Positions 1-10,237 of a stretch of 46,512 nt of DNA are shown one piece after another. The notes under the pieces were generated by a model. That model was not told the origin of the DNA. It did not search any database and saw only the letters and a program-made list of their open reading frames with translations. The stretch is from the NCBI GenBank assembly GCA_028289525.1, contig JANQPJ010000178.1, positions 1 to 46,512 on the forward strand, written 5' to 3'. Position 1 is the stretch's first letter, and every line of letters begins with the position of its first letter. A program made the translations under genes and the position numbers. This DNA is from Pirellulales bacterium (lineage in GTDB: Bacteria > Planctomycetota > Planctomycetia > Pirellulales > JAGQOS01).

Positions 1-16
1 ACTTGAGTGGAACCTC

Positions 17-43
17 TTCCCTCGCTTGCGCGTCGGGCTTGTA
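17..43. repeat. REP-like element, family A (TTCCCTCGCTTGCGCGTCGGGCTTGTA)
   Basis: Resembles the copies at 2728-2755, 7193-7256 and 45206-45233; intergenic. Confidence 0.55.
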
Positions 44-112
44 TTTGTACTGAAATTTAAGAGGGATTGACAGCTGCCAGAAAATCTGGCCAGACACGAA
101 GAACCCTGGAAT

Positions 113-141
113 TTGACTTGCCAAAAGAAACTTGAGACAAT
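113..141 (+). promoter_or_regulatory. Putative sigma70 promoter TTGACT-N17-GACAAT (extended -10 TG)
   Basis: Consensus match about 100 bp upstream of ATG 242. Confidence 0.35.
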
Positions 142-241
142 GGGGAACCCCCATCAGGGCGGCAAGCCGTCGCCCCCCTACCCTCTGTTTTACCGTCCAC
201 TCCGCTTCGCTTGCTCAACTCACCAATGGAGACCTACTCCC

Positions 242-1192
242 ATGGGCACCAATCGTCGCCGTTTTCTGACTGCTGCCGGCTGTTCCTTGGGGGCGGCCAG
301 CGCTACCACGCTCGCACCAGGCAAGCTGATCGCCGCAGAAGCTTCGCTGCCGACCGTTGCCCAGCCTGCCCGCATCGACCGCATTCTGTTTTCGTGCAAA
401 TACACGATGACCAAGGGCGAGAACATCGAAGCTCGCTTCCAATCGTGCAAAGACGCCGGCTTCGACGGCATCGACTTCGACGACTGCGGCAAATACACCG
501 CCGATCAAGTCCGCCAGGCGTCGTACAACACCGGCCTGTTTGTCCACAATGCGATTAACCACGCCCATTGGGCCAAGCGGTTCACCTCAGGCAATCCGGC
601 CGCTGTGGAGACGGCGACCAAGAACCTGGAGCATTGTATCCGTGTGTCCCAAGCGGCTGGCGGCAGCGGCGTGCTGCTGGTCATTGGCCGCAACTCAGAC
701 GGTCCGGCCGCCGAAGTCGCCGATCGGGCGCGCGCCAACATTTCGAAGCTGCTCCCTTTGGCCGCTGCCCTAGGCCAACAGATTCTGTTCGAAAACGTCT
801 GGAACGGCATGTTCTATCACCATGGCGGCAGCCCCGACCAGGACTGCCAGGAACTGATCGCTTTTATCGACTCGTTCAAAAGCCCTTGGATCGGCGCCTA
901 TTTTGACATCGGCAACCATCACCGCTATGGCAACGTGGGGGACTGGATCCGTGCCCTAGGTCATCGTGTGGTAAAGCTCGATTTGAAAGGCTACGACCGA
1001 AGCAAAGCCTTAGAGACCAAACGCGACGGTCAGTGGCGCGACATCACCGCAGGCGACATCGACTGGGCCGACGTGCGGAAGGCGCTGGCCGAGATTAACT
1101 TCCATGGCTGGACCACCGCCGAAGTGGGTGGCGGCGACACCGCACGGTTGAAAAAAGTGCGGGCTGACATGCAACGGGCGCTGGTTGGCTGA
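242..1192 (+). CDS. Tat-exported sugar phosphate isomerase/epimerase (xylose isomerase-like TIM barrel)
   Basis: NRRRFL twin-arginine signal after ATG 242; GFDGID, ENVWN, YFDIGNH, DLKG and GDIDW motifs. Confidence 0.88.
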   Translation: MGTNRRRFLTAAGCSLGAASATTLAPGKLIAAEASLPTVAQPARIDRILFSCKYTMTKGENIEARFQSCKDAGFDGIDFDDCGKYTADQVRQASYNTGLFVHNAINHAHWAKRFTSGNPAAVETATKNLEHCIRVSQAAGGSGVLLVIGRNSDGPAAEVADRARANISKLLPLAAALGQQILFENVWNGMFYHHGGSPDQDCQELIAFIDSFKSPWIGAYFDIGNHHRYGNVGDWIRALGHRVVKLDLKGYDRSKALETKRDGQWRDITAGDIDWADVRKALAEINFHGWTTAEVGGGDTARLKKVRADMQRALVG

Positions 1193-1215
1193 CATCCTTG
1201 GAGACAAAGCCTGAC

Positions 1216-2724
1216 ATGTCCGGTCAACTCACTCGCCGAAAATGGCTAGCCGCTTCGACCACCGTAATCGCGGCGACCAAGCTAGGCCTGCAACCGGCAT
1301 TGGCCAAGGCCCGAACCGGTAGTGATGAAATTCAGATGGCCGTGATCGGCACCGGCGGTCGGGGAAGCTATCTCATTCAGAGAATCCTAGCTGCCCAGGG
1401 CGCCAAGCTGGTCGCGCTCTGCGACGCCGATCAAAACGCCGTCGACCGGGCTGCGGCCAAGGTCACGAAACACTCTGGCACTCAGTTAGACCGGTTTACC
1501 GACTACCGTCAGCTGCTCGAGCGCAACGAGATCGACGCCGTGGTGATCGCCACCCCGAACCATTGGCACGCACTACAAACCATTCACGCTTGTCAGGCTG
1601 GCAAGCATGTGTATGTCGAGAAACCGGTCTGCCATTCGGTCTGGGAAGGCCGGCAAATGGTCGAGGCGATGAAACAATCTGGCCGACTGGTCGAGGCCGG
1701 TTTTCAAAACCGTTCGGACACCGGCCTGCGTCAGGCAATCTCACTGCTCCAACAAGGCCAGCTTGGGCCGATCAAGCAACTGCGCGGGTTATGCTATCGT
1801 CGGCGAGGAAGCATCGGCCGGCGCGACACGCCGCTCTCTCCGCCCAAGGGCGTGAACTACGGTTTGTGGCTCGGTCCGGCAGACGATCAGCCGATCATGC
1901 GTCGCCGGTTTCACTACGATTGGCACTGGGACTTCAACACCGGCAACGGCGACATGGGCAACCAAGGCCCTCATGAAATCGACCTGCTCCGCTGGGTGTT
2001 GGGAGATCCGCCACACCCACGGCAGGTGATGAGCTTTGGCGGCCGGTTTGCTTGGCGCGATGCCGGCAACACGCCGAACATGCAGTTCGCCCAATTCGAC
2101 TTTGGCAACCAGATTCCGGTGCTGTTCGAGGTGCGCAACTTGCACCAAAAACAGGCTCCTCAGACAGGCGCTTTTCAGCATGGTCCCGAGGTCGGAATCG
2201 TCGTCACTTGTGAAGCCGGCGAGTTTCGCGGCGGCCGGGGCGGCGGAGCATTTTACGATCTACAAGGCAAAATCACCCGGCAGTTTCCCGGCGACTCAGG
2301 CAAATCACACATGCAAAATTTTGTCGACGCGGTGCGCAACAACGACGCCCAGCAGCTTCGAGCACCGCTGGCAAGTTCGTTCTATTCTTCGTGCGTGTCA
2401 CACCTGGCCAACATTTCAGTCCGTACCGGCCAAACGCTCGCAGGCTCTAATGCCCAACTCGATGAGCGACCGCTGGCTGCCGAAGTGTTTGATCGTTTTT
2501 CGAAGCAGCTAGCCCTGCACCAGGTCGATCTGCAAAAAACGCCCTGGCGCATCGGTGCTGAACTGACCTTGGACCCTCAAGCCGAACAGTTTGTGGCAGG
2601 CGAAACGGCCAAAGCGGCCAATGTGTTGCTGCGGCGCGAGGGGCGCAAACCGCACGTGATTCCCGAACTGGCATCGTTGGCCAAGGGCGCTTTGTCTTGC
2701 AGTGCCAGCGAAGGAATTGTTTGA
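1216..2724 (+). CDS. Tat-exported Gfo/Idh/MocA oxidoreductase
   Basis: TRRKWL signal; IGTGGRG Rossmann motif; ATPNHWH; YVEKP; GDMGNQGPHEID. Confidence 0.92.
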   Translation: MSGQLTRRKWLAASTTVIAATKLGLQPALAKARTGSDEIQMAVIGTGGRGSYLIQRILAAQGAKLVALCDADQNAVDRAAAKVTKHSGTQLDRFTDYRQLLERNEIDAVVIATPNHWHALQTIHACQAGKHVYVEKPVCHSVWEGRQMVEAMKQSGRLVEAGFQNRSDTGLRQAISLLQQGQLGPIKQLRGLCYRRRGSIGRRDTPLSPPKGVNYGLWLGPADDQPIMRRRFHYDWHWDFNTGNGDMGNQGPHEIDLLRWVLGDPPHPRQVMSFGGRFAWRDAGNTPNMQFAQFDFGNQIPVLFEVRNLHQKQAPQTGAFQHGPEVGIVVTCEAGEFRGGRGGGAFYDLQGKITRQFPGDSGKSHMQNFVDAVRNNDAQQLRAPLASSFYSSCVSHLANISVRTGQTLAGSNAQLDERPLAAEVFDRFSKQLALHQVDLQKTPWRIGAELTLDPQAEQFVAGETAKAANVLLRREGRKPHVIPELASLAKGALSCSASEGIV

Positions 2725-2755
2725 CAGAAATTCCTTCGCTGGCGTTTCAGGCTTC
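2704..2755. repeat. REP-like family A hairpin, possible terminator
   Basis: Perfect 15-bp inverted repeat GCCAGCGAAGGAATT (2704-2718) / 2729-2743 spanning the stop codon; 2728-2755 matches 45206-45233 at 26/28. Confidence 0.7.
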
Positions 2756-2919
2756 TACGGTTTTAAAACAAAGCTGGGCCTACCATTGAGCGACGCACGA
2801 CACCCCCATTATAGGTAAATCCAGACACCTCTGCAGTTGACTAGCCTGCACGATTCGTCTATGCTCTTTAAATAGGAACAGAGAAGAGTCTGAAGAGTCT
2901 TTTGCAGTCGAGGTGGCTC

Positions 2920-3726
2920 ATGCATAAGTACCGTTTGGGGTGCGCTGCTGGGAGTTGCTTACGAAGCTTGCCGGTTCGTAAAACGCTGCCCCTGTTGTTG
3001 CTGCTAACAGTGACCGCTTCTGTTGCCCAGGCCAACCTGGTTGGACGCTGGCGATTTGACGGCGACTTCAACGACAGCACTACCAATGGCAACAACGGCG
3101 TGGCGATTGACGGTGTAACCATCGGCGCCGGCATTAGCGGTGGTGCGGCCAGCTTTGACGGCGACAATGATGCTGTTCGCATTGATGGCATCTCTGCCCT
3201 GATAGGAGCGACCTACTCGCTCTCGTTCTGGGAGTTCTCGGCAGGCACCACCAATACCGGCTATTTTCTAGGCTCCGGAACAGGTTCTGGATTTAACCAT
3301 TTGTTCCTGCGGCGCGTTTCAGGCAGTGGCGCCACGGAGCTTCGTGGCAGTTCTCAGGGCAATACGTTTACTGCCCAAGCGGTAGCCCGCGAGCAATGGA
3401 ATCACCATCTCGTGGTTGTCGACAACTCGCTGTCCGGCACTTGGTATGTCAACGGGGTACAAACCGCGATCACCCTTGGGGCAGGTGTTGGCGATTTACT
3501 GACCGAAGCACTCTTTGTCGGCAACCGCCTCGATGGAAATCGAGATTTCCTCGGTCGCATTGACGATCTTCAGGTCTACAGCACCTTGCTCAATGGGGAC
3601 CATGCCGCGTTATTATTCAACAACCCAGGGCTCGCGCTGCCTGAGCCGTCGACCGGCCTGCTCCTAGGGTCAGGGTTGTTGGGCATGTTGATGTCTCGCC
3701 GTCGCAGGACCGGGGCGACTCGATAG
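2920..3726 (+). CDS. LamG/concanavalin-like jelly-roll protein with PEP-CTERM sorting signal
   Basis: Signal peptide; LVGRWRFDG, WNHHLVV, YVNG, FLGRIDDLQVY; C-terminal LPEPSTGLLLGSGLLGMLMSRRRR; start uncertain. Confidence 0.85.
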   Translation: MHKYRLGCAAGSCLRSLPVRKTLPLLLLLTVTASVAQANLVGRWRFDGDFNDSTTNGNNGVAIDGVTIGAGISGGAASFDGDNDAVRIDGISALIGATYSLSFWEFSAGTTNTGYFLGSGTGSGFNHLFLRRVSGSGATELRGSSQGNTFTAQAVAREQWNHHLVVVDNSLSGTWYVNGVQTAITLGAGVGDLLTEALFVGNRLDGNRDFLGRIDDLQVYSTLLNGDHAALLFNNPGLALPEPSTGLLLGSGLLGMLMSRRRRTGATR

Positions 3727-3850
3727 TTCCCCTCTCTTCCAGACATCTTTCTTGGCAAGCTCGCGCCCGAACATCAGCAGTGCCTTAAGAATGTGCTGTC
3801 TATTTACCAAGCACGAAGCGAGTTCAGTGGTTTCAAATTTCTCGTATTGA

Positions 3851-3879
3851 AGCAGCGGTCGTTGACCGCTCGCGAAACG
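3851..3879. repeat. REP-like element, family B (AGCAGCGGTCGTTGACCGCTCGCGAAACG)
   Basis: 28/29 identical to the reverse complement of 20141-20169; internal hairpin AGCGGTC/GACCGCT. Confidence 0.75.
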
Positions 3880-3978
3880 GCTGTTTTTAAACACCTTGCT
3901 GAAAACAGATGCTTTTTCCATACTGTTTGCACCTGGATCGTCTGATCGCTCAATTTTTTGCCGGAAAGAAACTCTACG

Positions 3979-4584
3979 ATGAAGCTGCTGGTTCGCTTGA
4001 CTGCTGTTTTAATTGGATCGTGCCACTTTGCTCTGTCGCCCTGTTTGGCTACCGAAGAGGCTCCGGAACCGGCCGCAGCAGCAGCGCCACAAGCCCCGCA
4101 GCCGACCGCGCAGCATCAGATTTTGTTTCGCGATCTTGGGGTTTGGGATGCCGAGTTTTCACTCTGGCATGCCGGGCCGGACGCGCCGCCGATGACCGGC
4201 AAGGCGGTGGAAACCAACCGCCGACTCGAAGACGGGCTCTGGGTGTTGAGCGAATATCGCTGTCAGATCGGCCCCATGCCGTTTGTCGGCCACGGCCAGT
4301 TTGGCTATGACCCGGTGGCCAATAAGTATGTCGGCACTTGGGTCGACACGATGAGCCCTTATCTATCGACGATGCAGGGAACCCACGACCAGGCAACCGA
4401 TACGCTCACCATGTTCTCAACCAGCCGCGATCCGCAGTCTGGCAAACTCTCTCAAGGCAAGAGCGTTAGCGAATACCATGACTCGAACCGGCGCACACTA
4501 ACCCTTTATATGCTCCAAGATGGCACCGAAGACCAATGGGAGAAGCATATGGAGATTCGTTATACGCGCCGCGCCGAGAAATAA
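3979..4584 (+). CDS. Secreted DUF1579-family protein
   Basis: Signal peptide; GVWDAE, F-x-GHG-x-x-GYDP, YVGTWVDTM, MEIRYTR typical of DUF1579. Confidence 0.8.
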   Translation: MKLLVRLTAVLIGSCHFALSPCLATEEAPEPAAAAAPQAPQPTAQHQILFRDLGVWDAEFSLWHAGPDAPPMTGKAVETNRRLEDGLWVLSEYRCQIGPMPFVGHGQFGYDPVANKYVGTWVDTMSPYLSTMQGTHDQATDTLTMFSTSRDPQSGKLSQGKSVSEYHDSNRRTLTLYMLQDGTEDQWEKHMEIRYTRRAEK

Positions 4585-4606
4585 CTCTCGATAGTGAAAC
4601 CGCCAT

Positions 4607-7093
4607 TTACCGCCAGCCAAACTCGCCATCGGCAGACAGAATCGGTGTGACGCTGATGCCACGGGCAGCGTGGTTGTGGCCTTCCGGAACATCGAGTTCC
4701 ACGCGCAAGACCAGCGTCGAGAGATCGACGCCCTCAGGCAATTCGAGTTGAAAGACGTTGTTCTTGTCTGCTCGCACGGCCAGCGTCGCTTCGCGGGCAT
4801 CGCGCGACAACTCCTTGCCCTCAGAGACGAGGGCCAGTGACTTCACCTTGACTGGCTTGGCCGAATGTTGGGTGACCAAGGTCACCCGATAGAGCGCCGG
4901 CTTGAAGAAGAAGTTGTCGACACCTTCTTGGATGTCGAGCGTCTGCTCACCAGGCAGCAGATGGCCTGGCTTCCAACCAAAGGCAATGCTCGGATCGCCT
5001 TCAGAATGAGCGTCGATATATCCCTTGGCGCCAATGCCCAGGTGGCTCGTGGGGTCGATGGCGATGATTTTGCGCAACACGTCGAACCGTTTTTCGCGCT
5101 GCTCGGCCGTATAGGTCGGGGTTTGCTGGGCCAAACGCTTTGCCAAACCGGTGACCGTGGAATCGTCGAACGCTGTGAGCTTGAACTTACCTGGCACATG
5201 CTGTGCCCAGACACTCGTGCAATGAATGGTCAATTCCAACTCGACGTCGGCCGGTAAGGTGCTCTCAGGCACTAGATAGAGTTCGTGCTGCTCGTGTTTG
5301 CCGGCGATTGCCCAGCCATTCCGGTTCGAAAGATCGCCATCACATGCTTGCAAAGCTCGCAAGTCATTTTGCTCAAAGGTAGCAAACCCGCTTAGGGGAA
5401 TTTTCTGGTCACCGTTGCGCAGTTCAATTTCGGTGATCACATAGTTACCGTTGCCAGCCCGGCCGGGTCCGGTGGCGGGCAGTTCGGCGTCGGGCAGCGT
5501 GGTGAATCGCACCAGCGAGGCCGGCTGCTGAAGTTGGAGCTTGAGTGTGATGATCTCGGTGGCCGGATTGGGCGAGTCTTTCTCTACCTGCCAACTACCG
5601 TCGTCACGCCGACCGAAACGTGTACCTTGCTTGCCGACCGGAGGGGTTTCGGTGATGGTGACCGAAGCTGCCGTGGAGAGTTGTTCTTGGAAATGCTTCT
5701 TTAAGTCTTTGGGGACATGCCAAGAACGATAAACATGGAATGTTCGCAGCATAAATTCCTGTTGCTGCTTGGGGGTGAACCGTTTCAAGCGAGGGTCGTC
5801 GCGCAACTGGTCCAAGAAATCGAGTACCGCCGCAAAGCCTTCCTCTTTCATTCGCCGATTATACTCTTTGCCAACCCAACCCCAGTCGGGCGACAGTCGC
5901 CAGGTCCAGGCAGACTTGCGTTCGGGATCGAGTTTTAGCATTTCGTTGATGAGATCGCGGTGATACCCAGCAGTGCCAGCTTCTTGCAGCAGCAGGTAGG
6001 CCTGAGCATAGGCCTCGAGTTGGGCTTCGCCGGTGGCTTGTTTGGCGGTTGCCAACAGTTGGTCACGCTGCTGGCCGATTTTGTACATCTCCTGAACCTC
6101 GGTGACCAGTTGTGCAGGCGCGAGGTCGGCCGGCAACGGCTGACGAACGCTGTAGGGCTTGCCATCCTTGCCAACGGCGACCAGGGCCGGATAATTGCCG
6201 GCATTTACCCGAAAGGCCTGATTCCGCTTTTCCAAAGCGGCCATGTCGAACCACTTTTGGGCAGCAGCCACCTGATTCGAATCGGCAAACGCTTCGAGTT
6301 TGAATTTGCCTGGCACATGCTTGGGCGACGGGTGTAGACAATGAATCGTTACCTCGAGGTCGACCTCGGCCGGCAACGGTTTTTCCGCCACCAGGTAGAG
6401 TTCGTGCTGTTCATGCCTGGCGCCAATGGCCCAGCCGTTGCTGCCAGAAAGCACGCCATCGACGGCTTGCACATCAATCAGATTTTTTTGATGGAAGCTG
6501 GCCCCAGCTTGCAGCGAGACCAACTGGCCATCGTGACGAATCTCAAATTCGGAGACGACAAAGTTTCCGTTGGTGGCCCGGCCTGGCCCTCGGGCAGGAA
6601 GCTCTGCATCGGGCAGCGTCGTGAAACGCAGCAGTTTGGCTGGCTGATCCAGCCGTAGCTTCATCGTGAACACTTCCTGGTTCGGGTTGGGCGAATCTTT
6701 TTCTACCTGCCAGATGCCATGCTCACGCTCGCTGAAACGACTGCCATGTTTGGTGGTCAGGTCCGACAGCATTGAACCCACCGGAGAGTGAGCCTGCAAT
6801 TGTTCCTGGAACGCATCCTTGAACCCTTGAGTTCCACGGTCAAGTCGATCGGCGGCAACTAACACGATTGTTTCCGGCAACGCATCGGCAAAGGCCGGTT
6901 GGTCCCAGGCGTTGGCTTTTACCTGTTCGCCAGCGGTGCACCAATCGCTGCCATGCAGCAGCACCACGGTCGTATCGGCTTGGCCGGCGTCCATCGCCTC
7001 TTTCGCGGCAGTCAGATCGGCCTTACGATGCGCCCCGGCTTCGAGAACACTGGCCAACAAAAGAACCAAACACAATGGCAACGTATTTCGCAT
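4607..7093 (-). CDS. Secreted protein: thioredoxin-like fold plus two copies of a ~150-aa beta-sandwich domain
   Basis: Signal peptide; LHGSDWC and YPALVAVGKDGKPY thioredoxin segments; duplicated WQVEKDSPNP...GPGRA-x-NGN...HVPGKFKL. Confidence 0.75.
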   Translation of the reverse strand: MRNTLPLCLVLLLASVLEAGAHRKADLTAAKEAMDAGQADTTVVLLHGSDWCTAGEQVKANAWDQPAFADALPETIVLVAADRLDRGTQGFKDAFQEQLQAHSPVGSMLSDLTTKHGSRFSEREHGIWQVEKDSPNPNQEVFTMKLRLDQPAKLLRFTTLPDAELPARGPGRATNGNFVVSEFEIRHDGQLVSLQAGASFHQKNLIDVQAVDGVLSGSNGWAIGARHEQHELYLVAEKPLPAEVDLEVTIHCLHPSPKHVPGKFKLEAFADSNQVAAAQKWFDMAALEKRNQAFRVNAGNYPALVAVGKDGKPYSVRQPLPADLAPAQLVTEVQEMYKIGQQRDQLLATAKQATGEAQLEAYAQAYLLLQEAGTAGYHRDLINEMLKLDPERKSAWTWRLSPDWGWVGKEYNRRMKEEGFAAVLDFLDQLRDDPRLKRFTPKQQQEFMLRTFHVYRSWHVPKDLKKHFQEQLSTAASVTITETPPVGKQGTRFGRRDDGSWQVEKDSPNPATEIITLKLQLQQPASLVRFTTLPDAELPATGPGRAGNGNYVITEIELRNGDQKIPLSGFATFEQNDLRALQACDGDLSNRNGWAIAGKHEQHELYLVPESTLPADVELELTIHCTSVWAQHVPGKFKLTAFDDSTVTGLAKRLAQQTPTYTAEQREKRFDVLRKIIAIDPTSHLGIGAKGYIDAHSEGDPSIAFGWKPGHLLPGEQTLDIQEGVDNFFFKPALYRVTLVTQHSAKPVKVKSLALVSEGKELSRDAREATLAVRADKNNVFQLELPEGVDLSTLVLRVELDVPEGHNHAARGISVTPILSADGEFGWR

Positions 7094-7192
7094 GATCGAA
7101 TCTCAGGCAGGAGGGATTGGGCGGGAAAACTGGTCTCTACCACACGGCGTTCAAGTCAATTTTGCTTTAGGCGTTTGCCTCAAAACCGCTTA

Positions 7193-7256
7193 AAGCCCGA
7201 CGCGAGGGACAAGTGAAGACGTTCCGTTTCAATTCACTTGCTCGCGCGTCGTGCTT
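7193..7256. repeat. REP-like family A imperfect inverted pair
   Basis: AAGCCCGACGCGAGGGACAAGTGAA ... TTCACTTGCTCGCGCGTCGTGCTT, intergenic. Confidence 0.65.
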
Positions 7257-7278
7257 GTAAGTATTTTGAGGACAAAGC

Positions 7279-10116
7279 TTAGTACAACGACTCGCCATAG
7301 ACGCGAATCGAACGCAAGGCCAAGTGGCCTACCAAACTGGGATCGGTCCGCTGAAAACGGAGATAGACCACTTCGGGCGCCTGTTCTTGCAGGTCGATTT
7401 CATACAACGATTTGACTTCATCGGTCTCGAACAACGGCTTCCACTCTTTCCCATCGACCGAGCCTAACACGGTGAGCGGCAGCGCCTGCTCCTTGGCCCA
7501 ACGGTTGTTTTGCTCAAAACGGGGCATGATGCTCAAGCCGCTCAGTCGACACTTGCCAGGCAACTTTAAAGTGATCTTCGCACCGGCCTGCTTGTTGGTA
7601 ATCACAAAGCCAACCCGATCGGGCTGCAGAGCCGCATGGTGTCCCAGCGGAGTAAAGTGGTCCGCCGGACGCTCCAACACCAGCAAGCCACGGCTAGAAA
7701 GCAATTTGCCTGGGAATTGAGTTTCGCTCTGCGGAGCTTGTTTCAACTGGCCCTCGCTGACATGGTAGATCCGATTAAACTGATCGCGACAGAGCCGTTC
7801 GGCCAACTCGCAGGTTGAGACAACCGTCGCCACGTCGCCGCGCTGTTCGGCGTCGACCACGATCTTGCCGAGGATATGGGCAACTCCTTTGACTTCGCCA
7901 GAGCGGCCGCTGGCAAAGCTTTCCAACTCCTTCAGGAACAGGGCCGTTGTTTCCGGTTTCTTGCCATAGGTCTGACTACCCCAGTTGATCACCGTGCTCA
8001 GATAGTTGCTGCCGAGGTAGTGCTCGAGCAAGCCGCGAAACAGTCCTATCCGCTGTTCAGGCGTTTCCAACACGTCCGCCTGGGCATTGATGTGGGTGGT
8101 CAGCCGGCCGCCGATGTGATGAACCTTGCCGGTAAGCGGCATCGCCTGATGCCAAGCGCTGATCAACGGCAGTCGATCTTCCACAGGCATCGCTTTGACC
8201 TGGGGCAACACCTCGCGGGTTAAAAACTCCCAACAAGGCCGCTGCCAGTGACCAAACGTCTTGACGAACCGCTTTGAAAAATCTTTCCACCAAACGTGGT
8301 TCTGCTGAGCGTCAATCGCCATCCGCTCGGCATACCATTTCCAATGATTCAGATGCAACGGCAGCGCCTCGATTGACAACTCTCGAGCAAGCTTTTCCGT
8401 CGCTCCCGGTTCATAGTTCATCGTCAGGTCGCAAACCGGTTTCGATACCCGATGATCAAAATATTCCAATCGCAACTGATGCTTGCCAGCGGCCAATTGG
8501 ACGGTCGCTTCCTTTTTCACCACGCCATGCAGGCCGTCGTTGTCGACGACCACCTCTCCGTCGATCAACAGCCGGCTGCCATCGTCCGACGCGATGGCAA
8601 AATGGACGCTTTGATCGGTCGGCAACTCAAACGTCGCTTCCAAAACCGCACCAGCCCAGCCTTGCAGCTTTTGAATGTGAGGCGCAATCTCGGGACTACT
8701 GGGGGTGAGCGTGCTGACCGGCGTTAACGTTTCGAAGTCAGGCAGTTTTCGCGTGTCTGCATCGCTGTATAACCGCAACTGCAAATCGTCAAGCACGACT
8801 GCCTGTTGGTCTTGGAAAAAGTTCGCCTGCCAGTCGTATCGGTAAGACTTGAGCAACTGCTTGCGCTGCCGGTTGTCATAAACCACTTGCATCAAACGCA
8901 CAATTGACTCGTCTCCACCACCAAAGTACGACCAGGCTCCGGTATTCCCGGTCACCGAATACGCAGTGCCCCAAAACTCGTTGGCATCGCGAATCATATA
9001 GGCACAGTGCCCCGGCTGGCCGACGGGAAATGCCGGAATGCCGTGTGCCCGAGCTAGCCCAACGGCATAGTTGGACAACGTTCCACACACACCGCCCACC
9101 TTGTGCTTCAGCGGCTCTCCGAAATACTCGTTCATCCAAGGACGATAGTAGTGGGCGCGATGAATGCTGTCGCCAAAGGGGTTGCCCATGCGATAAGGAA
9201 TCGACCAACAAGCGCCGTAGTAGTTGTTGCGTGGATAGTGAAGTTGGTCGGCCATATATTGGAGTGCTCGACTGTCGCCCATTCGCGGAGTGACCGTCAC
9301 ATACCGCATCTCCCAGCTTTCCATCTTGTCGAAACTGCCGTGCATTCGACCCGCTTTGTGAACTCGTTTTTGGCCCTGAAAGCGATCGACCAGTTGATAA
9401 TGGAACAGGTCATCCTGCCAGTTGCCTGTCTTGTTGCGAGCATAGGCGCAGGCCAGCTTGCGATAGACCGGAATCGTGCACTCCTTGTCGTAACGATAGA
9501 GCGTACACAATGCGTGCAAAGGGGCCAAACGTTGCTCTTGGGTGGTTCCGAACGGACCGGCCACGAGAAAATCGTCGAGCCAATCTTGGCTGGTGAGGAA
9601 ATGGGTAAGGAAATCTTTCCCTTCGCGGCGGCCTAACACTTGGTCCAAGGCCTCGACGCCGACAGACCGAACTAGCTGGTAGCGAGAAAGCTGTAACAGG
9701 TAGTGAGGGTCTTGGATGCGCTGGGTAAGATGCGCACGGTCGCTGTGGTCTTGGGCAGTCAGTTCGGCAACCAAACGTTGCTTAAACGCGGCGGCCCCTT
9801 CATCCAACAAGGTCTGCACCACCGGGTCGACTTCGACTTGAGGTGGGGTTTTCCACGTGACCACTTCAATGCCAGAAACCTTACCAATGGTCTCAAACGC
9901 CGGCGCGACATCAGACGGCTTTACAACCGACTGACTGCTGGTCGCTTCCGAGATAATCGTCTCAGCCTGGGCAGCGCCGAACGATGCGATGATAATGGAG
10001 ATAAGTCCGAAGGCCTGGAAACCAACTTGACAGCGCAAACATTTCTTGAAAGTTGCCAAAGCTATACTCCCAATTGAAGATCGTGTAGAGCGACGATGCC
10101 GGGGGGGGCAGGCCAT
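7279..10116 (-). CDS. Secreted protein with transglutaminase-like Cys/His core, PA14 domain and C-terminal discoidin (F5/8)-like domain
   Basis: GGVCG...GIPA...GQPGHCAY; FAIASDDGSRLLIDGEVVVDNDGLH (PA14); GSVDGKEWK...YLRF; start taken as 10116 because a -10 box overlaps ATG 10209. Confidence 0.75.
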   Translation of the reverse strand: MACPPRHRRSTRSSIGSIALATFKKCLRCQVGFQAFGLISIIIASFGAAQAETIISEATSSQSVVKPSDVAPAFETIGKVSGIEVVTWKTPPQVEVDPVVQTLLDEGAAAFKQRLVAELTAQDHSDRAHLTQRIQDPHYLLQLSRYQLVRSVGVEALDQVLGRREGKDFLTHFLTSQDWLDDFLVAGPFGTTQEQRLAPLHALCTLYRYDKECTIPVYRKLACAYARNKTGNWQDDLFHYQLVDRFQGQKRVHKAGRMHGSFDKMESWEMRYVTVTPRMGDSRALQYMADQLHYPRNNYYGACWSIPYRMGNPFGDSIHRAHYYRPWMNEYFGEPLKHKVGGVCGTLSNYAVGLARAHGIPAFPVGQPGHCAYMIRDANEFWGTAYSVTGNTGAWSYFGGGDESIVRLMQVVYDNRQRKQLLKSYRYDWQANFFQDQQAVVLDDLQLRLYSDADTRKLPDFETLTPVSTLTPSSPEIAPHIQKLQGWAGAVLEATFELPTDQSVHFAIASDDGSRLLIDGEVVVDNDGLHGVVKKEATVQLAAGKHQLRLEYFDHRVSKPVCDLTMNYEPGATEKLARELSIEALPLHLNHWKWYAERMAIDAQQNHVWWKDFSKRFVKTFGHWQRPCWEFLTREVLPQVKAMPVEDRLPLISAWHQAMPLTGKVHHIGGRLTTHINAQADVLETPEQRIGLFRGLLEHYLGSNYLSTVINWGSQTYGKKPETTALFLKELESFASGRSGEVKGVAHILGKIVVDAEQRGDVATVVSTCELAERLCRDQFNRIYHVSEGQLKQAPQSETQFPGKLLSSRGLLVLERPADHFTPLGHHAALQPDRVGFVITNKQAGAKITLKLPGKCRLSGLSIMPRFEQNNRWAKEQALPLTVLGSVDGKEWKPLFETDEVKSLYEIDLQEQAPEVVYLRFQRTDPSLVGHLALRSIRVYGESLY

Positions 10117-10207
10117 CAATGGCCTGATGGTAGGGATAGACGAAGCGGTAGGAAAGATGTCAAGGCAACTGGCACCTTGACAGTCTTTGTCTCTGATGTT
10201 GACTAGC

Positions 10208-10237
10208 ATTATACGCCAGGTAAATTCGCCAACTCAA
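10208..10237 (-). promoter_or_regulatory. Putative sigma70 promoter TTGAGT-N18-TATAAT
   Basis: Perfect -10 on the minus strand upstream of the PA14-domain gene. Confidence 0.45.
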
